In this document: piece by piece, positions 12,671 to 25,300 of the stretch
Layout of the letters: each line of letters starts with the position of its first letter
Position numbering within the stretch: position 1 is the stretch's first letter
Source of the DNA: Selaginella moellendorffii
Lineage: Eukaryota > Plantae > Lycopodiophyta
Reading direction: 5' to 3'
Assembly (NCBI RefSeq): GCF_000143415.4
Contig: NW_003314277.1
Location: 1,811,185 to 1,875,184, forward strand
DNA: 64,000 bases
Made by a program: the position numbers and the translations under genes
Notes under the pieces: generated by a model
The model's database searches: none
Told to the model about the DNA's origin: nothing
Seen by the model: the letters and a program-made list of their open reading frames with translations, nothing else

Positions 12671-15600
12671 CTGAGAGGGTGAAAGCCCAAAGCGTTCGTC
12701 TCCCAGACCCTGGGGGGTTTGGTGAGCTCCAAAAGTATAGTAGGGGGAGGACTGCAGTGGAGCTAGTTTGGCCAGGAAAGGCCAGTTTGGCCCAGGAAGG
12801 CCGGACCCAGTGTTGGGTGATGAGCTGCCCACTGGGAAGTCCAAGACTAGAGTGAACACAGACCGACAAGCGGGGTAGCTTGGTGAAGTGTTCAAGAGCC
12901 GGCTCTAGTTCCCCCGGGAGATCGACTGGCCGATGCTCCCAGTCCAAGTGTGGGTGGCACTACCTACTTGGATACCTGGTGTGGCTCAACGGAACCCGCT
13001 CTAAGCCCATGGCTAGAGCACCCAAGGGCAGAAGGCGAGGAGAGTACCCAGGTGGCTCGCGTAAGGCCACGGTGTTCCGAAATGTTGTCCCAAAGGCTCA
13101 GACTGTGGAAAGGAAGAGGAGCAGTCCTCTGGGGTAGTGACCAAGGACACAGTCGTGTGGTGAGGAAGTCCCAGAGGACCGTGGGACTTAGTGGTCGGGC
13201 CTGTGGGTCTCGATCCAGTGGCAGTGTTGGCAAACACGGCCAGGGGCAGAAAGGGACTTAGTGGGGACTGACAGAGGGATATTGGGGAAGGCTATTCCCC
13301 TTGTCGGTGGGCATCCTAAGGATGCTAAGGAGTGGATCTGAGATGACCACTCACGGATGGTTTGCCTAGTCTTGGAGAGCCAAGACTGTGATGCAAGTGG
13401 TATTGGACTACCAGTGTGGCAAAGGTGATTGGGCATGGCCTTAGCGTAACAGGCTGCTATGTCGGTGGTACCTTTGAGTGTCGGTCATGGGATCGGACAC
13501 GTGGAGCACTTGGACCAAGTGCAAATGTTGAGTGGCATGGATGCCATTCTCGGGGCTAGCAAGTCCCAAGTCCTGGGTTGGACTTATGGAGGTTGTGAAT
13601 GAGACTCCTCCAAGTGGTCAGAGGTGTGGTTAAGTGACTAAAGTAGAATGGAAAATTTAGTCGCTTACAACTTGGTATCGGAGCTGTTCCTTAGTCCGAC
13701 TTTTATTGGTGCTCAAGTATATCACCACTAGTGTTGGCATCGGAAGGTCCGAGGAGTGGGCTTATCCTTGAGGAGTAGCAAGTCGGGAAGACATGGCTCT
13801 CCATTACAGTTCATGTGTGAACTTGTAGACGAGGTGGTGGATAGAAAAGGGCCAATAATGGAACGACTTTGGGATCTTGGGAACAGTATATGGTTTTCCT
13901 CAAAGAGTTGAGGATGTGATCCAGATGAGCGTTTGACTTAGCAAACTGGCTAATGTAGTTGTGGTAAACAACTACAGTTGGGATCACGGGAAAGATAAAG
14001 ACTCCAAAGCAATAAAGGAGTCACAAGATTTTCCTCATATAGTTGAGGTTGGTGCTCATGAATGTGAGACCAGAAGTAATGACCATGGGAGGTCAAATAC
14101 GGAAGAGGACTCAAGTCCTTGAAAAGGTAGCCGGAGCTACCTCTAATAAATGCTGGAACAACCCAAGGAGTTGGGGGTGTATTAAGTGGATGAGTTGGTG
14201 TTCTCATCACATGGACAAGTAGTCCTAAGGGGCAAAGGTTGCCCCAGAGAACAAAATCAAGTGTCGGAGTAACACTTGTGAAAATAGTCCTTTTGAGTAG
14301 GACAGGAATGCAAGAAGTGTATTCCAGTGAGCTAGTGCCTCACAAGTAGGACTTTACGGGTCTGTGGATTAACCAAGTCCAAAACTGCTGGATGACTCAA
14401 GTAGAGTCAACGAATGGTCCTAAAAGGACTGATGGAAGCATTTGGACTGAGGTGTGTTGTACCCCACAAAGGATGGGGGGGGATCATAGGATCCAAGGAT
14501 GAGAACAGAGGGTATCTCATCGATGGCAAAATGTGCCATGCTAAAGTTATGGGAAAGGTGTTCCCAGAAGAAAACAACTTTGACATAAAGTTGTGTGTGA
14601 CCTCTATAGTGCTGTGCTAACGGATGGTTGGCATGAGAAAGAGCGGTGTTGGTCTTGGCAAAGACTTAGACACGAAGGGGAAATGTCATAGAGGTAGGCT
14701 CGTGGAGCCGATGGTGTGGAGACACCAAATGTGCCAAGGTGTGATACCTTGACGCTATGTTGGTGGGTTCATGAGAACCCTTGCCAAAGGAATCCCAATG
14801 GAAATGGGAATAGCATAGCCTAAGCTGCAGAGCATGCAGTTGGAGTGTGGTGACCCAGATAATGATGGAGGTGTGAAAGCACCAAGCAATGAGTTGTAGG
14901 ACTTGACAACTATGAAGCAACGAAGCAAGAGGTGCAAAATAACTGGTTAAACGGGTAGAAGGTAGCTACCCAAGACTTCTTAATAGCATAGGGAAGTTGG
15001 ATATACCCTTACGGGGGATAAGTTGCTTGTGTTGCGATATAGTAAGTCAATGTCATAAAAGGAAATACTCATTGTCAAGAAAGCCATCATTGGGACACCC
15101 GAACACTCTAGAACACCAGAAGGTGGTGTTTGATGTCGCGAGGGCAATGGATAAAGCCCAAGGGACTAAGTCCCTAGCGAATGATGGATAGAAGGTGCTA
15201 TCCAAATGTCCAAGGTTGCGGAGACAAGAGAGGACTGTCTACCCGAGTTGGACAAAGCCAAACATGGAATTTTGGCAAGGCTAGTGATGGGCATGTAAAG
15301 GCCCATAAGCAACAATATAATCCCAGTGTGTGGGATTATAAGGTGAGCATACCCGGATTGAGGAACCACTCCCTAGGCTATTGGGTAGGTTCATCCCTAA
15401 GAATACTTGCTAAAGCATGATAGAAAGTGCAAAGCTATCCTCCTTGTCTGGAGGAGAATGACCAAAGGAAAGGTGTGAAGCCAAAAAGCAAGAAGTAAGG
15501 GGATAGAACCGAACCGTAGGAATCAAAGGGCATAACCAAGGTTGGTTATGCCAGCTGGGAGTGGAGAATCAAGTGGGGGCTCGAGGGTGTTGCTGCTAGC

Positions 15601-16153
15601 AACCGTGATGCCATGGAGAGTCTAAAATATGGAATTGTCCATGTTAGACTATGTGGCATTTGGAAGGCTTGCAAAAAGGGAGGCCTTAGCAAGCTGAGGG
15701 ACAGAGTTCCTTCAAGGTTCCCAAAGACGATTCTAGGTAGTTTAGTACCTAGAAAGGCCAAGTGTAAATGGTTCATGGAACGCGCGAAATCAGAGTGGCG
15801 CAGCAGAAGCGTGGTCTTGAAGCTTGCCATGAGGCAAGGCTATCAAGGTTAGGGAAGTAGTTCCCGAGTGTTCAAAGAGAGGGCTTTGAACGAAAGTCGA
15901 TGGTCAAGGACTTTCACGCTTATGCAGGAACCATGTTACAGTGGTCGGAGGACTTGCCAAGCGAGATTGGCACGTCGGGGGAACAAATACCCTAGTTGAA
16001 GGTGATAACTTCAAAAAGGGTGGGCCATGGGGCCGAGCATAGAGGAGTCCATGCATGATCACAGACATGTCAAGTGAGAGGACTTGGCAGTGTGGAGGAA
16101 CTAGGTTCCTAAGTTGCGATCTGTAGCGCGCTTTAAAAATAAGATGGTGCACC

Positions 16154-16560
16154 GGCGTGGGGAGTCACGCCAGGCATCTTGTGTGATGCCGTCCGTAGAT
16201 GCATATACGGAGGTTGGGTTCGAGTCCCGACCCTCTAGTGCTTGGGTTCGAGTCCCAAATCACTAGGGCGTGGTGATGGTTTGGAATATGAGGACACTCA
16301 TATTTCGGTGGTCATGGACTCTCAGTGGGGAGACTGGTTTGGGCACACCGCCAAGCGAGGGATGCCTCGGAGTCGTGATGCACGGTTAGATTGCTTAGTG
16401 TGAAAGCTCAGCATATCTAACTTGAACGCTTTGGTGCAAGTGGCACCAAGGTCGTGGTGAGTGAGATGGGGACACCTAATCTCAGTTGCTATGAACCCTT
16501 GGCCGTAAGGGCTGGCTTGGGTGCACCGCCAAGTGTGGGGGATGCCCCCGGGGTTATAGT
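16154..16560 (+). other. Structured RNA-like module: five consecutive hairpins, two with TTCGAGT T-loops, plus a duplicated ~110 nt unit
   Basis: Stems at 16154-16171, 16173-16190, 16192-16211, 16212-16232 and 16233-16268. GGGTTCGAGTCCC occurs twice. A homologous block lies at ~25420-25665. Confidence 0.6.
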
Positions 16561-17576
16561 CAACAACTTGGAGGTCTAGAAGACCAAGTACCTCTTGGCA
16601 ACTCTGTTAAGGTGCCAAGGTGAGATCACTAGGTGATCTTATGGCCAGATAAGGACAAGGTCCTTGGTTGGCTAAGGAATGAAGTTCCTGGTTCAAAATG
16701 TTGAAATTGAACTGTTTAAGGTGGTGTGGCTTGGTCGTGATGACCAAGTGGGAAGAGCACATAAGGGAAATAAACTATGTCCGTGCGATGGCATAGTGAG
16801 TCCGAGGAAAGTAGTCTCTATAAAAGACCCATGGGAGGGTCACGAAGTTGGGCCGTGGATAGAGCCCATAGCAGAAGATGCTAAAGAGACGTACTAGGGG
16901 TGAACATCCTCCGGACTTGGCAAAGAAGAGTCTTTGCTATGGAACCGAAACAATACCTCAAGGAGGGAGGTAGAGATTCGATGTTGCTTGGTGCAACAAT
17001 CAATGGATAGGAGCAAAAGATGAGTGGCCAAGATAGGGCCGTGGAATCCCTTGGAAGGAATCCAAGTGACAAAGTTAGGCGAGGAACACTAATGTGTTGG
17101 ACGCTAACAAGTTGCGGGAAAGGAAGTGTGTTTCCAAGGAAGGATTCCGAAATGCTCCGATTTGGCGAAAGTGGAAGCTCCAAGGGAGGGAGCGGTAAGG
17201 TAGCCAAATGATAGGGCCATGAACAGCCCTAGCACAAAGTATGATAACTGGAACTTTGGCACGAAATAGAAGAGAGGATGATGGTGCCCTCGAGTAGAGA
17301 ACTTCCTAGGATGGGAAGTGGAGTTGCACAAAAGGTGCAAGGCAAGGTGTCGGAGACACCTAGGAAATTGACTCCAAGAAGTCAAAATTCAAAGTTCCAA
17401 AGTGCAAAGGTTATATCAATGGAAATTGAGACTACTCGAGAAGGACTAGTGGGATTGACTTAGAGAAGGGTCTCTAAGAGGTTTAGCGAGAACTAAACCA
17501 ATAAAAGGAGAAAACCACTATATGTGGTCCAATCAGTCTCTAAGTTGGAGAGACTACCCTCCTTAGAGGATATGCA

Positions 17577-17665
17577 CAAGGCATGGTGAGCCTTCAATGT
17601 CCCACCATTGACGAATATGGAGAAGGCATGGTGAGCCTTCAATGTCACACCATTGACAAATATTG
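17577..17665 (+). repeat. ~45 bp tandem duplication upstream of the PPT
   Basis: AAGGCATGGTGAGCCTTCAATGTC(C/A)CACCATTGAC(G/A)AATAT occurs twice. Confidence 0.9.
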
Positions 17666-17993
17666 GCTACGCGCCAAGGATGGAAATGGTAACACATGCG
17701 GGTGTTACTTTATAAAATGGTTCACCGTTCGATGAGGACATCGAACTTCGTCTATGGGTGGTGGAGTTGTGAGACACAAAATCCCTAGGCCCCAAAGTGG
17801 AGCCGGAAGGGCGCCACATGGTAGTGGCCGAAGCGAGAGCCAAACGAGCGTAACACGTTTGGACCAAAAGCTCCGACTTGAAAAGTCAAGAGCGGGAGTG
17901 GAACTCCTAACGAAGTGCTCGAGGAACGAGCACGAAGCGAGCAAAAGGCAAGGCTCCAAAAAGGGACCCAAAAGGACCAACACATGACACGTG

Positions 17994-18476
17994 GGAGTGT
18001 CCGAGATGGACTCGAGTTGGAGTCCGAAGTGGAGTCCGAGATGGACCCGAGTTGGAGTCCGAAGTGGAGTCCGAGATGGACCCGAGTTGGAGTCCGAAGT
18101 GGAGTCCGAGATGGACCCGAGTTGGAGTCCGAAGTGGAGTCCGAGATGGACCCGAGATGGAGTCCGAGATGGAGTCCGAAGTGGAGTCCGAGATGGACCC
18201 GAGTTGGAGTCCGAAGTGGAGTCCGAGATGGACCCGAGTTGGAGTCCGAAGTGGAGTCCGAGATGGACCCGAGATGGAGTCCGAGATGGAGTCCGAAGTG
18301 GAGTCCGAGGTGGACCCGAGATGGACCCGAGATGGACCCGAGTTGGAGTCCGAAGTGGAGTCCGAGATGGACCCGAGATGGAGTCCGAGATGGAGTCCGA
18401 GATGGACCCGAGATGGACCCGAGATGGAGTCCGAGATGGAGTCCGAGATGGAGTCCGAAGTCGAGACCGAGACCAG

Positions 18477-18508
<32 letters not shown>

Positions 18509-18635
18509 TCGGAACCGAGACCGAGACCGAGGCCGAGGCCGAGGCCGAGACCAAGCCCGAGCCCGAGTCCGAGTCCGAATCCGAGTCCGAGTCCGAGTCC
18601 GAGTTCGAGTCCGAGTCCGAGTCCGAGTCCGGAGC
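17994..18635 (+). repeat. LTR minisatellite, 3' LTR copy (233 bp longer than in the 5' LTR)
   Basis: The LTR-to-LTR offset is 5732 before the array and 5965 after it. Confidence 0.95.
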
Positions 18636-20379
18636 CTGAGAGGGTGAAAGCCCAAAGCGTTCGTCTCCCAGACCCTGGGGGGTTTGGTGAGCTCCAAAAG
18701 TATAGTAGGGGGAGGACTGCAGTGGAGCTAGTTTGGCCAGGAAAGGCCAGTTTGGCCCAGGAAGGCCGGACCCAGTGTTGGGTGATGAGCTGCCCACTGG
18801 GAAGTCCAAGACTAGAGTGAACACAGACCGACAAGCGGGGTAGCTTGGTGAAGTGTTCAAGAGCCGGCTCTAGTTCCCCCGGGAGATCGACTGGCCGATG
18901 CTCCCAGTCCAAGTGTGGGTGGCACTACCTACTTGGATACCTGGTGTGGCTCAACGGAACCCGCTCTAAGCCCATGGCTAGAGCACCCAAGGGCAGAAGG
19001 CGAGGAGAGTACCCAGGTGGCTCGCGTAAGGCCACGGTGTTCCGAAATGTTGTCCCAAAGGCTCAGACTGTGGAAAGGAAGAGGAGCAGTCCTCTGGGGT
19101 AGTGACCAAGGACACAGTCGTGTGGTGAGGAAGTCCCAGAGGACCGTGGGACTTAGTGGTCGGGCCTGTGGGTCTCGATCCAGTGGCAGTGTTGGCAAAC
19201 ACGGCCAGGGGCAGAAAGGGACTTAGTGGGGACTGACAGAGGGATATTGGGGAAGGCTATTCCCCTTGTCGGTGGGCATCCTAAGGATGCTAAGGAGTGG
19301 ATCTGAGATGACCACTCACGGATGGTTTGCCTAGTCTTGGAGAGCCAAGACTGTGATGCAAGTGGTATTGGACTACCAGTGTGGCAAAGGTGATTGGGCA
19401 TGGCCTTAGCGTAACAGGCTGCTATGTCGGTGGTACCTTTGAGTGTCGGTCATGGGATCGGACACGTGGAGCACTTGGACCAAGTGCAAATGTTGAGTGG
19501 CATGGATGCCATTCTCGGGGCTAGCAAGTCCCAAGTCCTGGATTGGACTTATGGAGGTTGTGAATGAGACTCCTCCAAGTGGTCAGAGGTGTGGTTAAGT
19601 GACTAAAGTAGAATGGAAAATTTAGTCGCTTACAACTATTATGTCTTAGATTTTGCATTTCTTTCTCTCTTTTAGCAGTTTCTTAACATCAAATGCTTTG
19701 TGATCAAAAGAGAGCATGCAAAAAGTTCCTCTGCAAGAAGAACCCCCAGGCTGCCTTTGATGTGTTCCAAAGGCGATGACTCTGAACTCAATATCCATGT
19801 TGAGTAGAATAAAGCTGCTTGGGTCCTCAGTAAACTTCCACCACCTCTCTTCAATTTCTTCTTGCCACTTTACAGTAAGTCACTGAAAAAATCTAAGATT
19901 CTCTAGAACTTCACTGGTTAAAACTTAGACAAGAAATCTAGAATAAAAAGCAAGCCTTTGAACACTTCTGTTTTTATCCTGGTCCTTTGATTTAAAACCA
20001 AGTGGGTTATGCTAGAACACCCTCCCTCGATATCAAGCTTTCAAGTAAATGTTTTAACTTTTAATTATGGATATCTTATGTTCCACTTACAGCTATAACT
20101 TTCAACTGATTATTTTAAAATTAATATTAAAATGCTTACTCTTGACACTAAAATGCTTAAAAATTCAATGTGCCCAAAATATTTTGTACTTCTCCCAGCG
20201 GAGCTGGGATCCCAGCTAGTTTACATTAATGTTTATAATTTATAAACTTCCTTAAACACTTCCATATATATTCTAAATATTTATAAAATCATTAGTTAAG
20301 ACTTTTTGGGATATCACCAAATGTTTATTCTAAACCACCATAGGGTAAAAGGTGAAAACCATGTGTACATAATATAATC

Positions 20380-20780
20380 TAGCTCTCTACTTGTGTGTTT
20401 ATCTTTATTTTGCATTTGTTTTATGTTCCATACTATGTTAGTGATGGAATACCTATATCCTTGCGTTAGGCCATTGGTAGTTGAAATAATGCTAAACTCT
20501 GTTATTTCCATTTTATATACTAGTCTTGGCATTAGGATTCTAGATGCTTTAAGATTACCCAAATGTCATTTTGTACTCCTATCCCTTCATTTTTTGGGCT
20601 ATATACTCAAGAGTTGTTTCATGCCCCAATTTTTTTGTTCCTTGGTTGTAATTTGGGAGTTTGGCTTTGTACTTTTATTTAAAGGCTTAAGGCCCTAAAA
20701 TTCAAGTTCTGCTCTGCTGTCTTTGGCATACATGTCCAAGGGTTTAGGTTTTACTCTGTGATTATCTTATGGTAAACCAA
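20380..20780 (+). mobile_element. Decayed LTR fragment homologous (inverted) to the LTR at 2463-2989
   Basis: For example, TATCCTTGCGTTAGGCCATTGGTAGTTGAAATAATGCTAAACT is the reverse complement of ~2795-2840, and AAGGGTTTAGGTTTTACTCTGTG matches ~2515-2540. Confidence 0.65.
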
Positions 20781-21039
20781 AATAAATAAATAAATAAGAT
20801 AAAAGGAAAAAATTGAAGTGAATTAAGACATAGCATATGGATATATATTATTGTGTCTTACTATGATGAGAAAATCTGATTTTAATGAAAAGGGGCTTAT
20901 CATTCATTAAAATTTACTCTTATTCATAGTCTTTTTTTATTTATTTTTAAACCTCTATATACTATTGTCAAGCCATTTCCTTTACTTATAATCCACTATA
21001 TTTCGTTGTAATTCATGCCCAAGCAAAGAGCAGCAAGAG

Positions 21040-22000
21040 AAAACTAAATCACCAAAAATCAATTTCAACATGTCATATGATTAAAATAAATTACTAAATA
21101 TCAATTTTAACATATTAGAGTTTCAATACTACTCAAACTCAAGGATATGTATCCCAAGACTCTTAATCAATTAGAAAAAGGAGTGCACTTTTATTTATAG
21201 GTTCTTTCCTTTTTATCTTTAAATGATTCCTAAAGCCTTGCTTTCTTAATACTTTACCCTTTCCAAATATCAATTTCAATATATAGTTAATTCAAACTTT
21301 CTAAAAGTTTTCCTATCCTAGTATTACTCAAACCTAAAAATGTTTAATTCAATATATTTTAAAACTTTTAACTAATTAGAAAAGAGAGTGCACTTTATTC
21401 ATGAGTTTTTCCCTCTAAACCTCAATGGACTTCTTTAAATCTGTACCCTTTAGTTGTTTACAATTCATTATGCTTTTTTGCAAGTTTATACCCTTGTGAA
21501 TGAAAGTTAAGAATTATAAATCTCTCAAGAGTCTTAGTCTCTTAACGCTATATCCCTTGATTTATCCCAAACTATCAAATGTCAGTTTTAATTCAAGTTT
21601 AGCCTAATAAGAACAAACTAGACTGCTAGATTTTTAATTTCAAGATGTGGTATGATTCCCCTACCCAACCAAACTTAACCGCTCAATATCAATCTCAATA
21701 TGTGATATGATTCCCCTAGCCAACCAAACTTGATTATTAAATATTAATCTCAATATCTGATATAATTACCCTAGTTAACCAAATTGGACCATAGAGTCAA
21801 ACTTAAAACCCCTCTACCAAACATAAACTCCCATATTCAAACTTTCTAAAAGGTTACCCAGTCTAGTATTACTAAAGTCCAAAAATACTTAACTTCATGA
21901 ATAGATTGAAAAAAGGGGTCCATTTTTATTTGTGGGCCCTTTTCTATTAATCCTTAAACCCCTTTGAACCTTTCTCAAATCATTCCCTTTAATATATAAT
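21040..22000 (-). mobile_element. Second, more decayed Cassandra-like TRIM copy/array with 5S-like LTR cores
   Basis: Minus strand GAAGTTAAGTATTTTTGGACTTTAGTAATACTAGACTGGGTAACCTTTTAGAAAGT (~21897-21842), with a second copy at ~21350-21297. PBS remnant at 21821-21812. The internal region matches 704-915 and has three ~60 bp tandem units at ~21635-21790. Confidence 0.6.
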
Positions 22001-22320
22001 AATTATTGATAGCATATAAATTTTTGTCTAAAAATCCACTAACAACTAAACAATAGCCACCTTAGGAATAGAAAATAAAAGAGGAGGAGAAAGAGGAGCT
22101 TGGAATAGCATTAACCATAAAGTTTTAAGGGTGATAAACAACTCAAAGTCGTAAAACTAAAACTTCAAGGCCAATCTAGTTCTTTTACTTTAGCAATAAA
22201 ATGACAACAAAATGATCATCCTTTAGTAGCATCTAAGAACTATGCAAGTATACATAGAGTTCTTAAAACCCTAAACAACTACTAGACACTTATTATCTAT
22301 TATGAAGTAGTTCATCTTAG

Positions 22321-25300
22321 TGTAAGGAACCAACTTCTCGAGGTGTCGTAAGCTAAAGGATCCCCGAGAGTATGACCGAAATGATAAAGAGTTCATCGGA
22401 TGAGACTGAGTCTGAGATTGAGTCCAATACTGACTCTGAGACCGAGTTTGAGACTGAGTCCAAAATCGAGTCCGAAACCAAGTCTAAAACCAAGTTCGAG
22501 ACTGAGTCCGAGACTGTGTCCCGAAGCAAGTGTTGCATTTAAGGGTTGGGATTTAGAGGGTTCCATGATCAAGTTTTGTTGTACCAAAAGATGTTAAGAA
22601 CCTAGAGGTTGATGTACTTGACTACTTGTGCTTGTAGGGAGTGTAGCCGAACCTTAAGTCTAATTTAATTTAGGGAGGGGGATTGAGAGAGAATTCAAAA
22701 TCTGTAAATGGATGGCTAATGCTTTTGTTGTTTATGCAATGAGTTGTTGAAAACAAAATAGACCGAGTAAAAAGTGATATAATAAGCGGGAATCTTGGCC
22801 AAGGGAAATTAACTAAAGCCAAAGCCATGATGGTTGGATAGATGAGGTAAGTTAGCAAATTGGAAAAGAAAAATTTATGGCTTACAATTTAGTATCAAAG
22901 CCTTTTCCTTAGTTCTAGCAAAGAATAGAGGTAGATTGCTAAGAGATGGCTAAGACAAAGCATAAGAGAACTAAAGTGGAAACAGAACCTCTTCCAAAGC
23001 TAGAGCCTTTAGTCAAACAAGAAGCTATGGATGAGGAATCCTTGCATCAGGAAAACTCTAGTGAGGAAACTTCCAAACAAGAGTCCGGTGGTGAGGTTTA
23101 GTCGTCCAAGGTTTAATTAAACGTTCTAGAAGGACAATTAGCATAAGCCAATGCCCTACTAGAGACCCTCATATGCAAGCTAAAACATGATAAAAAGCGA
23201 AAGAAGAAGCAAAAGACTGCAGATGCTAGTAGTGCAAAAGGTGTGGACCCTTTGGCGGGGACTAAAATAGAACTGAACAAAATCGAACAAACTAAAGTGG
23301 AATCAATCCCTCAAACAACTTCCAAGTACAAACCAAAGCCCCCACCGGTCTTCAAGGGATTGAATGATTATAAAATGGTGGAGGATTGATTTTATAATAT
23401 AGAAGATTACTTCTGAGTGTTGCGGTTACCGAGCTTAGAGGTGCTAAACCATACTTAGCAAATAATGCTAAGTCTTGGTGAAGAACAATAGAGGTCAACG
23501 AAGGACTAGTAGACACTTAGGAAATGATGAAGGTGAGAATTTGTGCAATTTACGTCCCTCCGAATGCTACTTTGCACCTAAGAGATGAGCTAAATAAGCT
23601 GAAGCAGACAGGAACTATTCAAGAGTATATGAATGTGTTTATAGCAAAGAGGATCTTTATCATAGACATGGGCGACATGGATGCATTCCATGCCTTATAT
23701 AAGGTTTACAGACCTAGGCTCAAGGCAAGGTGATGTATTAGAACCTGACCAACTACAAGGAAGCATTAAATGCAATTATCAAGGTGCATTTCAATAATAA
23801 CCTGCAAAAGGGGAATAGAATGTGGTTAGGGTCCACATTTAACAAAGGAGGCAAACCAAGGGGGACATATGGCAAAGGATATTTAATTGCCAATGAGCAA
23901 GTACATGGGAGAGTCAAGTGAAAAGAGACAAACCCACTGATTAGAAGGTCAAATCTACTAAAAGCATGGGAAACAACATATGCTTCAGCTGTGTTGAAGT
24001 AGGATACTTTTTAAAGGAATGTCCCTACCTGAAGAAAGCCAGAGTTAATATCGCCATTAAGTTGGGTGAAATCCAAATTGAAGTACGTGATCCAGTCCCT
24101 AACTCAAAGTTATTCATTACACTAGTAATTTTGGTAAAAAGTCGTTCGCAACATCTACTAACCCTCTGAGGGAAGCTCGAAAGTAGTTTTGTTAAGATCT
24201 TTATTGATATAGGTGCTTCGGATAATTTTGTAGCTATAGATATAGTCTGGCAAGTTGAACTAGTGGTGCAATAGTTGGGTGAACCAAGGACTATAGATTT
24301 TGTTCAAGGTAGCCAAACCATCGATAAGGTACTTCGACAAGCCAAAGTCAAAGTAGGGATATTGAAAGTAAACATGGATTTCACCATGTTAGACATTGTG
24401 GGATTTGACATGATCTTCAAGATGGATTAGTTCAATTAGTTTATAGTAGTTTTACATGGACAAAGTAGGAATCTTGTGGTATTGGCGAATGCCCAAGGAG
24501 AATGATACATGGTGTAAGCTCAGAATCTAAAGGTAGGGCAAAGTAAGGCCAAAGACTCCTGCTTAAACTTGGTGTTCACGAGAGGACAACTCATTAAAAG
24601 AACCAAAGTAGCATTTTTGTGCTTACTCTTAGTGAGGAGTGATAGAAAGATGGGAATAGAAAAAATACCTTTGATGATTTAGCAAATGTTAAACCAATTT
24701 CAAGATACCATGCTAAAGGAGTTACTGGCAGGGTTACCCCTCATACGACTAATAGAACATAAGATCAAATTGGTCAATAGTGCTAAGGTGGTGTTCTATC
24801 GATTAAATGAAAATGAACTTGAGGAGCTCAAGTGCCAACTTGAGTTGGTGGAAAAAAGGTATATTAGGCTGGCCAAGTGGCCATATAGGGCACTAGTGTT
24901 ATTTGTGAAAAAGAAAAATGGCTCTATACATTTGTGCATAAACTATCAGTTGCTCAACAAGTATATAAAAAAGAATAAGTACTCTTTACCAAGGATTGAC
25001 AACCTATTCAATAGGTTGAGAAAGGCAAAATATTTTTCGAGGATTGATCTAGGTCAGAGTACTATCACATCAAGGTAGCAGAGGAAGATGTCGAGAAGAT
25101 AACTTGTTGGACAATGTATAGAAGTTTTGAGTTTCTAGTGATGCCTTTTGGGCTATGCAATGCATTAGCGATGTTCTCAGCACTGATGAATCACATTTTT
25201 GTACCCTATCTGGATCATTTTGTGGTCATCTACATTGATGACATCTTCATCTATAGCAAGACGCTAGAGGAGCATGTCAAACACTTGACAGAGGTGTTTG

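Larger units (their letters stand above)
12036..19634 (+). mobile_element. Young non-autonomous LTR retrotransposon (LARD-like, gypsy-related)
   Basis: TG...CA LTRs at 12036-13669 and 17768-19634. Perfect 5 bp TSD ACTAT (12031-12035, 19635-19639). PBS TGGTATCGGAGC at 13673-13684 and PPT-like ATGGGTGGTGGAGT just before 17768. The 4.1 kb internal region has no recognisable gag/pol ORF. Confidence 0.95.
3948..20219 (+). mobile_element. Probable non-autonomous Helitron carrying captured gene fragments (interrupted by an LTR element at 12036-19634)
   Basis: 3' end: hairpin TCCCAGC-GGA-GCTGGGA (20193-20209), then CTAG (20216-20219) followed by T. Candidate 5' end TCTACTAACACTTATTAG at 3948, preceded by T rather than A, so this boundary is less certain. 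The interior is a mosaic of exon/intron-like pieces and internal duplications with no long ORF. Confidence 0.6.

Noticed and set aside
12800-12845. Possible hammerhead ribozyme or 5S fragment in the LTR (GTGATGAG...CTGGGAAGTCC)
   Set aside because: Lacks the CUGANGA and GAAAC cores. The 5S similarity is only ~11 nt and is explained by a simple CCCAGTG/CACTGGG hairpin.
12018-12947. Long overlapping RS/DS/GL-rich ORFs (also 17705-18912)
   Set aside because: Products of a stop-free 6/11/12 bp minisatellite inside LTRs. They are open in all frames and change frame between the two LTR copies.
16212-16268. tRNA gene
   Set aside because: Only T-arm-like hairpins are present, with no acceptor stem, D-arm/A-box or anticodon arm in the correct arrangement.
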